DNA of 64,000 nt from positions 270,692,001 to 270,756,000 of the forward strand of contig OZ024740.1 in assembly GCA_964016885.1 (NCBI GenBank), read 5' to 3'. The position numbers and the translations under genes are program-made. The DNA is from Eledone cirrhosa. Lineage: Eukaryota. The notes below the pieces were generated by a model. That model did not search any database and was not told where the DNA came from. It saw nothing but the letters and a program-made list of their open reading frames with translations. Below are positions 12,297-23,070 of the stretch, one piece after another; positions within the stretch are counted from its first letter, which is position 1; each line of letters begins with the position of its first letter.

Positions 12297-12943
12297 TATA
12301 TATATGTATAATGCACTGGGACATGGACATACTCAGTTTGGTGCAAGACTCCTGGTCTTTGTTAGATCATTCCAGAATGACAAACAATGATGTTTACCTG
12401 TTCTTCTTTTTGGATACTTCTCAATGTTGTTCAGAGAATGGGATTGGTCCAGTGCCAGGCCTTTCTTTATTTAAAGCTTTAAGTATAGCCATCACTTAAT
12501 TTAAATATCTTACATGTTTGTTACATGAACATGGCTGGCCACAGCTGAAAAAAGGCTCTTTTTCCTATGCTACAGCATATGCAGAAAGGAATGTAAGTCT
12601 TTGGCAAAGCTAAAAATTTGCATTTGTGCCACCCATGTGTGAGAAATGGATCAAGTGATAGCAATTTCCAAAAGCGAGATGCAGCCATAATATGTGTATT
12701 TATGCTAAGAAATCCCAGTGGAAAAAAACTGACGCTCACGGAGGAGATGACGAAGGAACATGACAAGTAGAGAGATGCCATGCTGAGAAGGATATGACCA
12801 AACCATACAAGCATGAAAAATGGACGTAAAAATGTTGATATATATAGATATATAAAATGAGGTTAACACAGATGTAGGCAACTCTAACTCTAAACTAGAG
12901 AAACCGAAAACGATATCTCATGTACCTATATATATATATATAT

Positions 12944-13450
12944 CATCATCATCATTATCATCATTTTACATCCGCTTTTCCCTGCTTGCAAGGGTGGGAC
13001 GGGTCCTATTCAGCACAGGATCTCTCCACTTGTCACGGTCCTCCGTCATCTCCTCCATGAGCTTCAGCAATCTGGGGTCTGCTCTCACCACATCCGTCCA
13101 TGTTTTTCGTGGTCTTTCTCTACTGCATCTTCCTTCTACTGGCATTTCTTGGCACTTCTTCGCCCATCGGTCATCCTCCATGAGCATCACATATCCATAC
13201 CATCGCAGTCTCCTCTCCCGCACACAACAATTTATCCCTCTCAGACACAGTTCCTCTCTCAACACATCCATGCTCGGTTGCTCACGTACTTTGAAATTGC
13301 ACATCCAATGGAGCAGGCTTGCTTCATTTCTCTCCAGCCGTCGCATATGCTCTGCAGTTGCTGCCCATGTCTCACTACCATGCAGCATCACGCACCTCAC
13401 ACAGGCATCATATAACCGGCCTTTCGTACGCAGGGAGAAACCCTTCTTCG
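12944..13450 (-). mobile_element. 3' fragment of RTE LINE family A
   Basis: Minus ORF ...MLHGSETWAATAE...PTLASREKRM; (TCA)n on the + strand at 12944-12964. Confidence 0.9.
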
Positions 13451-13678
13451 TGATATATATATATATGTTTTGGTAAAAACAGGAGCAAGCAGGAGAAAGC
13501 TCCCAACATTCGTAGTTTGTAGTTACAATGGAGATTCAGTATAATAATAACATTAATAAAGATGCTGATGTTACATAAATTGTTTATTCATTATAATTAT
13601 TGACATATGTCTGCTGGACGCACAAGCAGAAGGAGATGTGTTTTTTATCCCTGCCGGCAGCATATCACAAAATCGAAT

Positions 13679-13768
13679 TTCATCTGAGGATACCGTTCTC
13701 ATAACAGCAACAAATGCATGAATTACATCTTGATTGCATGGGAGAACCGTTGAAATAATTATAATGAA
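13679..13768 (+). ncRNA. type-I hammerhead ribozyme motif
   Basis: UUCAU-CUGAGGA-[ACCGUUCUC...GAGAACCGU]-GAAA-UAAUUA-UA^-AUGAA; 5-bp stem I and palindromic stem III. Confidence 0.65.
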
Positions 13769-13825
13769 TAAACAATTTATGTAACATCAGCATCTTTATT
13801 AATGTTATTATATATATATACATAT

Positions 13826-14712
13826 ATCATCATCATCATTGTTTAACGTCCATCTTCCATGCTAGCATGGGTTAGGCGGCTTTGTTCCATTTGGTGTTGG
13901 AATGGTCGGGAGACCATGTCTCGCTTGTACGGAAGTGTCCCTGGCAGGTTTTTTTATGGCTGGATGCCTTTCCTAACACCAACCACATTTACAGTGTGGA
14001 CTGGGAGCCTTTTTACCATGTCTCTTACACGACCACCTTACAGTGTGGATTGGGTGTTTTTTCTTGTGTCATCGACACAGTGGATGGAAATGGAAGGATG
14101 GGGTAGGGTGTGTGGGGTGGGGGGGTATATTGGGTTAAGAGGTACCTACTGACTGTAGGTTTGTATGCAAGGGAAGGTAGGTCTTCTGTACAACTGCATG
14201 GTGTCAAAAATCTCGTTTCAGTGACATTGTCTTAGAGAGGTGTAAGTGAACAAAGTCAGTTTTTATCACCTCATTCCAGGTTTTTCTTGGTCTACCCACT
14301 CCGTAGCTTCTATTAATTGTCATTGCCCTGCACTTTTTTATACAGCAGTTGTCCTTCATATGCATCACATGGCCATACCAACGCAATCTCCTCTCCAGAA
14401 CACAACATTTGAAACCTCTTATGCTTAGTCTTTCTCTCAATTTGTTTATGCTTTGCTGTTCGCACACATTACTATTACACATCGGGCGGTGGATTGGCAG
14501 TATCGGTAGAGGGTCGGACGCCATGCTTTCCAGCATAGTTACGTCCGTTTACGATCTGAGTTCAAATCCCGCCGAGGTTGATTTTTCCTTTCATCCTTAC
14601 GGGGTCGATAAAATAAAGTACCAGTAATGCACTGGTAATTGCTGGCCTTGTGCCTAAAGTAGAAACAATTACTATTACACATCCATCGGAGTGCTTAGTC
14701 TCTCTTTTAATT
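13826..14712 (-). mobile_element. 3' fragment of RTE LINE family B, interrupted by a SINE
   Basis: Minus-strand RRLRWYGHVMHMKD...GRPRKTW followed by a family-B 3' UTR and tail. Confidence 0.85.
14484..14667 (+). mobile_element. tRNA-related SINE with Meta-like central domain, 16-bp TSD
   Basis: B-box gagttcaaatcc; core cctttcatccttacggggtcgataaaataaagtacc; TSD ATTACTATTACACATC at 14468-14483 and 14668-14683. Confidence 0.85.
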
Positions 14713-14714
14713 CG

Positions 14715-14763
<49 letters not shown>

Positions 14764-15615
14764 GTGTTTATGTTTACATACTATAGTAGGGCAGCTGCTA
14801 TTTTACTGAACCGACCATATTTATTAACAGCTCTATGTTGGAATGTAGTTTGTATTCTGTCAATAATCTGATACTTCACATGACAGATGAATCATGTGAG
14901 TTTGCTCAACAGGTAGTTCAGCAATGTCACCACAAACAGTGCCAAATGTTCAATGAAATAGAATATACACCTATGTAAATTATTGGAAATTTTAATGGTG
15001 AGGAAATAACATTCACTGCATCTTGAAATTACACTGTTAGTAAATGCTGTTGTCTTCACCAATCCTTCAAGAATGATAAACACAAACTGTGAAATACTAA
15101 AATCAATGCATGACTAAGTTATATACTACATCCATTAATGAATAAACGTTGGAATCTCTTTGCAAATGCTAAATAGCATCTGCTACAAATAGCAACCATA
15201 TTGCCCCTCCAATCACCCACTACCTGCTTTAAAAATGGACACATCAAATAATGTAAAGCACATCATTTTTACGGGTATTATGCTATGTATATATATATAT
15301 AAAAGTGTATGGGCAAGTGATTAGGGTGTTAGACTCATGGCCATAAGGTTACGTGTTTGATTACAGAACGAAGTGTCATTCTATTTTCTTGTGCAAGACA
15401 CTTCATTTCATGTTGCATCTTATGATAAGACAGGACATCAGAAATACCTTCTATAAAATGAAACCTTGTATGAGGTCAGCTGAAGCTACACAGCTGTGAA
15501 CTGTAAATATATCACAAGATGTTGACATTTGAACACATCTCTGTTCCCCAACTTGGTATTGTTCTAACACTTTTCCTACTTCCTTCCTATTCCTTTCTTC
15601 TTTCATTCTACTTTG

Positions 15616-15896
15616 TGTGGGTATGGTGTGGCGTGCGGTAGCCGGAGGCGGGGGGGAGTGCTCGACCGGAAGGGTTTTTGAGTGCTCGACCAGAAGGGGT
15701 TTTTGGCCGGAAGGATGCTCGACCGGAAGGGCCAGCAGAGGGCCTCTCTCTAGTGGTGACCAGCACACGGTGTGGACGCGAGTTTTGGGCAGCTCCCGGT
15801 GTTAAGCAGTCGGACGCACGTGGAAGAGGAGTACCTGCAGTGGAATTTAGCGGCGCCTGTGTAAAGCGGCAAGTGAGATAGCTTTTTCTAACTACA
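15616..15896 (+). repeat. 5' LTR
   Basis: TGTGGGTATG...CTAACTACA; about 10 differences from the 3' LTR by eye. Confidence 0.95.
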
Positions 15897-15972
15897 AGCT
15901 ATTTCGGCGACTGAAAAAAAAAAAAAAAAAAAAAGAAAAAAAGAAAACACTTTCCACAAAACAAATCAGAAG

Positions 15973-16734
15973 ATGGCGACAAGACTACGGATGAACGAAG
16001 CTATCAGGGCATTCACCGGGGAAGGTGATGTTGTCGCTTGGCTGCGGAAGGTTCGGCTGGTCGCAAGGTGGCAGAAAATAGAAGACGTGGCCGGCCTCAT
16101 GGCATTGTACCTCGAGGGCGACGCGCTGGTACTCTTCCTTGAGTTGGACGAACACAGCCAAAGAGATGTGCAGAAGATTGAGAGGCGTCTGATGGATGCA
16201 TTCGCCGAGGGACCGTTGGCGGCTTTTGCTAAGCTGGCGAGAATCAGGTGGAATGGTGAGCGCGTCGACATTTTCGCAGCGGAAATACGGCGGTTGGCTA
16301 TGTTGGCGGGTTACCAGGCGGAATGCGAACGCACAGTGCGGTTGGCGTTCATCAATGGATTTCCGGACGACATAGCGGTTAAACTGCAGCAAGTCCCGGG
16401 GTATAAAGAGATGGAAATGAGTTCACTGGTGGAACAAGCCCGGATCATAGCGGAAGATGCCAAAAAGAGTGTTGCGGCGATAGCGACTACGGAGGCTCAT
16501 GACACCTGGCAGCGAAATGGTGAAAGGGAGGAAACCTCGGCACGCGGCCGTCCGCGTGAGTTTAGGGGGCGCTGTTTTAGGTGCCAGGGCCCGCATATGG
16601 CTAGAGACTAGAGAGAGTCGAAGCCGGAGATAATTTGCTACCGGTGTAAGTGACCAGGCCACATCGCTACTAACTGCGACCAGGGAAACGATCCAAGGGG
16701 AACTACTGTGCCGGTAGTTGCCCCTTACGAGTAG
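15973..16734 (+). pseudogene. gag with two zinc knuckles; premature stops at 16609 and 16651
   Basis: CFRCQGPHMARD* then CYRCK*PGHIATNC in the same frame; natural stop TAG at 16732-16734. Confidence 0.85.
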
Positions 16735-16740
16735 CGGCGC
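16683..16740 (+). promoter_or_regulatory. -1 ribosomal frameshift signal (G_GGA_AAC plus downstream stem-loop/pseudoknot)
   Basis: The heptamer is in gag phase; the -1 frame is open into the protease ORF; hairpin AAGGGGAACTAC/GTAGTTGCCCCTT starts 5 nt downstream. Confidence 0.75.
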
Positions 16741-16745
16741 TGCCC

Positions 16746-19558
16746 ATGGTGGAAGTCTTCGTGAGGGGGAAGCCACAGCAAGCCCTCGTGGATACGGGCT
16801 GTACGACGACACTGGTGACCGCGGGGGTGGCGCAGAGGTGGGGAGGGAAGAGCAGCGTAAGGGAAGTCGACGGCAGGAAAATTGAATGCCGAGGTCGCAG
16901 CGAGATGGAAATAGCGGTACGGGGAAGGACGATAAGGCTTTCCGCCATCGTTGTAGACAGTGTGGTGGATGGGATCGGCGTGGTTATGGGCATGGACGCG
17001 ATTGGCCGTCTAGGGGGCGTCACGGTGAACAATGTCGGTGTGTCGTTTGGCGCCGCTGCATCGGTATGCGCTGTGAGTGCACGTCATGAGAACCAGTAGG
17101 CCCACGAGGAGGAATACCCCACTTACACTGTACAAGACAAAGACTTCAAGGCCATGTTTGATGGGCAGCGATGGGTTGTTGAGTGGTACTGGAAGGGGAA
17201 CCACCAACACTGAAGACCAAAGTGGGCTGCTATCAACACATATTGAAGGGAAACGCTAGGAGCGAGTTCGAGCGAGAAGTAGAGAGATGGATCAAAGAGG
17301 GCATACTGCTTCCCTGGAAGGAGGAGGTGAAGTGCGGAGTATTGCCGTTGATGGCGGTGGTGCAACCCACGAAGAGCAAGGTGAGGCCGGTGCTGGACTA
17401 TCGGGAGCTGAACGAGCACGTGTCATGCCACACGGGTGGCGAGGTCACGGATGTCTGTGGGGAAACCCTCCGTGAGTGGAGACGCATGACGGAGGGTTCA
17501 GCGATCGTGGATCTAAAGTCGGCTTACTTGCAGTTGCATATAGATGAGAAGCTCTGGCGGTATCAGCTGGTCAGGTATAAGGGCCAGACATATTGCCTGA
17601 CCAGGCTCGGTTTCAGGCTGCGCTCCGTACCGAAGATCATGGCGGCGGTCCTCAAGACCGCTCTGGGGAGGGCCGACAAGATAAAGAGGGCTACTAACTC
17701 CTATATTGACGACATCCTAGTGGACGAGTCGGTGGTGTCGACGGCGGAGGTCACGAGCCATTTGCGGAGGTATGGACTGACTGCGAAGCCATCAGAAGCA
17801 TTGGAGGGAGGAGCCGCGCTGGGACTTAGGCTACGGCGAGATAAGACGGCCGTTTTGGTGTTCCAGAGGGGAAACGAAGTTCTGGAACTGGGCCTAAGTA
17901 TGAATAGGCGGGAGCTTTTCTTGGTGTGTGGAAAGCTGGTGGGTCACTACCCGATCGCTGGGTGGCTCCGGACGGCATGCAGCTATGTCAAGAGACGAGC
18001 GGGAGGGGTGACTGGGAGTGACAGAGTGGGAGAGAGAACGGTGGCCATGATGCAGGAGATCGTGGGGAGGGTGAAGGCCGATGACCCAGTGCGGGGACGC
18101 TGGTACGCTCCCAAATCACAGAGCGGGACCGTATGGTGCGATGCCAGCAGCATAGCGCTGGGTGTCATGTTGGAGATAGGAGGTGTTGAGGTCGAGGATG
18201 CAGCCTGGCTTAGAAAGAAGGACGACTGCAGCCACATCAATGTGGCCGAGCTGGACGCGGTGTTGAGAGGGGTGAACCTCGCCCTGCGGTGGGGGCTGTG
18301 CACCATCGAGATACACACCGACTCGGCTACTGTACTCGGATGGGTAAGATCAGTGCTCACCAGTGAGAAGAGAGTGCGAATGAGAGGCGCGGCGGAGATG
18401 CTGATAAAGCGCCGCCTGGGAACGTTAGGAGAGCTGACCACCGAGTTCGACCTGAAGCTGAGCGTAGTGTTCGTGCCCTCAGAGAAAAATAGGGCGGACA
18501 TCTTAACTAGAGTGAAGAAAGCCTGGATGGAAGCGCTGGAGGAGGTAGAGGATGAGATAGCTGCCGTGTCTCGGCTGACCGAGTTAGACCTGAAGGGGTT
18601 GCATGACATGCACCACATGGGGGTGGATAGGAGCCTGTTCCTAGCCAGGAGAATCGACTCGGACGTTAGCAGACACAGTGTTCGGGCGGGGGTTAGAGGC
18701 TGCGTCCGATGTCAGTCCATTGATCCCGCCCCGGGTGTACACGAAATGGGAAGCCTCCTGGTGGATCGCGACTGGAAGCGATTAGCGGTGGATGTGACGC
18801 ACTACCGGCAGGGAACGTACCTCTCGATGGTCGACTGTGGACCAGGTCGAATGGCGATATGGAGGGAGATGAAGACTGGAACGTCCGAGGAAATCACACG
18901 GACGTTGAGAGAGGTGTTCTTGGAGCGGGGCCCTGTGGATGAACTGCTGATGGACAACAGCGCAGCGTTCCGCTCGGCGGCACTGAGGGAGATGCTCGAT
19001 GCATGGAAGGTGGACCGTTTCTTCAGAGCGGCGCACAGGCCGAGCGAGAATGGAATCGTGGAGCGACACCACCGGACGATCAAGGCAATGGCGGAGCGGG
19101 GTCATATCTCACCAATGGAGGCAGTGTTCTGGTACAATGTGTCCCCTCGGGTTGGACAGGTCGAGGAATCGGTGCCACATAGAGCAGTATTCAAATACGA
19201 GAGGCGGCACCCGTGCACGCCACCACAACGGCCAGTGGGGAGAGAGAGTGCATTCGTGCAGGTGGGCGAAGAAGTCTGGGTTAAGCCCCCAGATGCACGT
19301 TGCACATCTCAATGGGGAAGGGGGACGGTGACGGCCGAAAATTCAAAGAACAATGTGTCCGTGGACGGGGTACCACGTCATGTCCTGGATGTAAGAAGAA
19401 TCACTGTGTCGACGGACTCCGAGGAAGAGGAAACCCAAGATGAGGTGGAAACCCAGAGCTCTGCCCCAATACTACGAAGATCGCAACGAAGTCGTAGACC
19501 ACCGACCTGGACAGCAGACTTTCATATGCAGAGGGACGAGGGGGAAATTGATCCTTGA
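16746..19558 (+). pseudogene. pol: aspartic protease, RT, RNase H, integrase (stop at 17097, frameshift near 17195)
   Basis: LVDTGC, VDLKSAY, YIDD, WCDAS, HHMG...CVRC, and a D..D..E integrase core. Confidence 0.92.
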
Positions 19559-19571
19559 GATCAGGGGGGCG

Positions 19572-19852
19572 TGTGGGTATGGTGTGGCGTGCGGTGGCCA
19601 GAGGCGAGGGGAGTGCTTGACCGGAAGGGGTTCTTGAGTGCTCGACCGGAAGGGGTTTTTGGCCGGAAGGATGCTCGACTGGAAGGGCCAGCAGAGGGCC
19701 TCTCTCTAGTGGTGACCAGCACACGGTGTGGACGCGAGTTTTGGGCAGCTCCCGGTGTTAAGCAGTCGGACGCACGTGGAAGAGGAGTACCTGCAGTGGA
19801 ATTTAGCGGCGCCTGTGAAAAGCGGTAAGTGAGATAGCTTTTTCTAACTACA
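19572..19852 (+). repeat. 3' LTR
   Basis: Direct repeat of 15616-15896, preceded by GAGATCAGGGGGGCG. Confidence 0.95.
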
Positions 19853-19957
19853 CTTTGATCCTTTTCTTTTCATTGAACATAAATATTTTCATTGTACATA
19901 AATTGTTTATGTTTTCATGCATATACAAGTTTTGACAAAAAAGTATCCAACCTTTGT

Positions 19958-20075
19958 GAAGGCATGTGGTTCAGTGGTTAGTGAATTGGATTCAAAATCA
20001 TGAAGTTGCAAATTCAATTCCAGACATGGTAATGCATTATGCCCTTGAGCAAGTCACTTTTTTCATGTTGCTCTT
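19958..20075 (+). mobile_element. tRNA-derived SINE head
   Basis: gaaggcatgtggttcagtggttag ... cccttgagcaagtcacttt; same family as 6331 and 58914. Confidence 0.6.
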
Positions 20076-20299
20076 TCTGCCTGGAATTGCAATTGGTAGA
20101 TAGTATCAGCAATAGGAAGACCAATGGAACCATCGTTTCCTTGGTCTGATCTGATGAGTTACACCCCACTCAATAAGTGAATGAGGTTTGGGATCTTGTC
20201 AATCAATCGATCCCACATTAAGCTGGGGAAAAAGTATCTATATGTGGCATTGAATTACTAATCTCCTTCAAAGCAGGCTTCTTGTGGTGCCTCCACACA

Positions 20300-20960
20300 C
20301 CTCACCCAGTGATCCTTTGTTTGAAGCATGTTTCACACATTTCTTCTTGAATAGCATTTTCTTTTTCGGGATCACCCAGAAGTTAGAAAAATAGCATATC
20401 TGGTAAGTAGGGATCCTGGTAAATGAGCAAAATATCTTTCTTTGCCAAGAAAACTTGGATCAGTCTCGACCAATGGGCCAGAGCATTGTTATGATGTAGC
20501 TGCCAGTTTTGTGAGGCCCACAGATCCAGTCTCTTGTGCTCCCTAACTACATCGCTAAGATATTTTAAGAATTTTTGCTAGTACTCCTTTGTTATTTTGG
20601 TTCATAATTGAGATTCACAATGCCTCAGCAGTCAAAGAAAGCAGTCAGCATACATTTTTGGGCCATGGTAACATTGGAGGATTCTATTATCATGACTGAT
20701 AATTTGGTTTCAGCGTTGTACCCATGCACCTACATCTCATCTATCACAGTATTCAGGAACCCAGGATCCTTGCTGGGTGAAATGAAAATGCAACGTGTAA
20801 GCAGTACAGCATCTCATGCTGGCTTTCTGAGAGTGACTGACACACTCAGTTAGCTCGTTAAAAACTACACATGCAAATTAATGTATGCAGTGTTACTGTA
20901 CACTTCTATCTCCCTAATATCATTACTTCACATGGAACAAAATTAAAGCAGATATTTTTT
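20300..20960 (-). pseudogene. degenerate mariner transposase relic
   Basis: Minus strand reads WQLHHNNA (WxLHHDNA motif) near 20480-20505, with a decayed YSPDL-region equivalent downstream. Confidence 0.5.
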
Positions 20961-21042
20961 GGATATATCTTTTATTTTGTCCACCATTAGTGTTCTTTTT
21001 TCATGTTTTGTTTACTTGTTTTCAACTGTCACTTTTCCAACC

Positions 21043-21268
21043 TTAACCATTTAGAATTTACATTACTCTATATATACTATTATATTTTCATGGTAAAGGC
21101 TTTATCTTACATAATTATCTCACATAATATCGAATTTATGAGATTTTGATATTTATTTTGGAGAATGATACTTAACATCAGTATGAGCAACTTGTTACAG
21201 CCAGTTTGGACAGAAAGAGGTGAGAGAATTCTGGCTGGATACAGCCGGTTTAAATACTAAAATTTTAA
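21043..21268 (+). mobile_element. piggyBac-type MITE, decayed ends
   Basis: Body matches 8657-8884. Confidence 0.75.
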
Positions 21269-21296
21269 TACCTCATTCTATGTGTTGTTTCTACCC

Positions 21297-21328
<32 letters not shown>

Positions 21329-21435
21329 ATATATATATACGATGATAATATCCAAGAGATGGCAACATGAATGGACCTGTTATTTTTCTCTAAAGACATT
21401 TTTTTAGATTCTGCCCTGCCCGTCCCTTCAATCTT

Positions 21436-21470
21436 TCTTCTGATGAAAACTAGTGTCCGAAACATTAAGA
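21436..21470 (+). ncRNA. degenerate minimal hammerhead motif
   Basis: UCUU-CUGAUGA-AAAC UAGU GUCC-GAAA-CA-UU^-AAGA; stem II is eroded; sits between (TA)n tracts. Confidence 0.45.
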
Positions 21471-22239
21471 TCCTCTTCCTGCTATTCAAGCTTTAAACTA
21501 ATATATTCCTTCTATATACTGTACTGTTTGTGTTGTTATTTCTGTTTACCTTTTACATATACATATATATATATATGTGTAAATAAGTGTTTAGTTGGTA
21601 ATACAAGCATATAAAGGCAAAGAACATTATATTTAAGTGATTCTGATGAGATTATTATATCTTGAATGGAATATTCCAGTTAATTTAATGAAACATTTGT
21701 GAATCAATTAAATGATTTAATTTTAATCCTTGTTAATCCTTCTTTATACATGTGTGTATGTGTATAAGGATGCAATATATGAACTGAGCCTGGCAGGTAG
21801 ATTTGATTAGCAGTTGTAAATGTTTAGCTTATTGCACTGCTAATAACCCCAAGAAGGAATTCACATCTTATATCCTATTCCCAACTTCCTCTTGCATTCA
21901 ATAGATTTGACATCTATTGTTAGATACTCTCATTTATAAAAAAGTAAAACAGCATGCTATCACATACTTGTTTACAATTAATAAATATTCGTCATTAGTG
22001 CATATAGAAAATTACATTCTAGCATGATTAGATAGAAGAATCCCTTAAGACATTTTCAACAAATATATCAAATCACTATATGCTAATTCAGTGAATTAAT
22101 TAGTGTTGAGGTAATTTATAGCTAACTCTCTTATAGCATGTTATTTGTTTCCTACAGGATGTTTATGTGCATATGTTCTTTTACTATGACATGGATACAT
22201 TAAGAATCTTCTAGACACAACATGATCCTCACTTTGCAA

Positions 22240-22900
22240 TTATTAGGTCTAAGGTGCAATCTCACTGCATGGCAAGTGAGCTATTGGTAGAGCAGAATAC
22301 TACATCCCAATACCATTTCATCATGCCATTCAAGAGATGTACAAAGGCAGCAAGAATGCAGTCTGATTACAACTGGGCGGGGATAAATGGTTTGACATAC
22401 ACCACAGGAGTGTGACAGGGTAGTATACTATTTCCACTGCTATTCATCTTCTTGGATGGACCAAGTATTGGAGTTTGCTGAGCACCATCTTGCTGACAAT
22501 GATTGAGGAAATACCTTTGTATGTGCTGACAATGTTGGTCTTATCTCCAACAGCCATGAGGGACTCCAGACAATTCTTGACATTTAGTGTACAGTGCTGA
22601 CTGATTATATCCCCAAGTTGAATGTGACTAAATCAGAGTCAATATTGGTATGGTATCACATGTCTTACAGAATGTCAGCTGATGGTGCACCACTATGGCA
22701 GGTGAACAGTTTCAAATACCTAGTTGCAGTGGTGTATAGTGGTACGCAGAAGGAAGTGACCATAATTGACAAATCAGCATTTATAAAAGCAATGGATGCA
22801 AGCTATACCCTCTTCTGAAGGACAAACACGTTCCACTGAAGGCCAAGGTCACCAGCTACATCATTATCTTATGACCTATCCTGCTGTAGGACTGTGACAG
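22240..22900 (+). pseudogene. old non-LTR RT relic
   Basis: Decayed GV*QGSILFPLLF, ADN and FKYL motifs. Confidence 0.55.
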
Positions 22901-23070
22901 CAGAAACCAGGTAAAGGGAATGGAGTAGAGGAGATTAACAATGGCAAAGATTGAGAAGTCCCAGCTGTTTCTAGACAAGAGTGTAAAGTAATTTCTGGAT
23001 TTACAGGACATAGGCCAACCTGATTTGGGATGAAGATGAAAACTTTCCTTTAGTATTTCGATGTATGGAA

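Larger units (their letters stand above)
15616..19852 (+). mobile_element. full-length Ty3/Gypsy LTR retrotransposon (4.24 kb), disabled
   Basis: Two ~281-bp TG...CA LTRs, TSD CTTTG (15611-15615 and 19853-19857), gag-PR-RT-RH-IN order, purine-rich PPT before the 3' LTR. Confidence 0.97.

Noticed and set aside
21641-21672. CTGATGA-GAT..ATC hairpin
   Set aside because: No properly placed GAAA or cleavage triplet; similar failures at 20151, 41556 and 48356.
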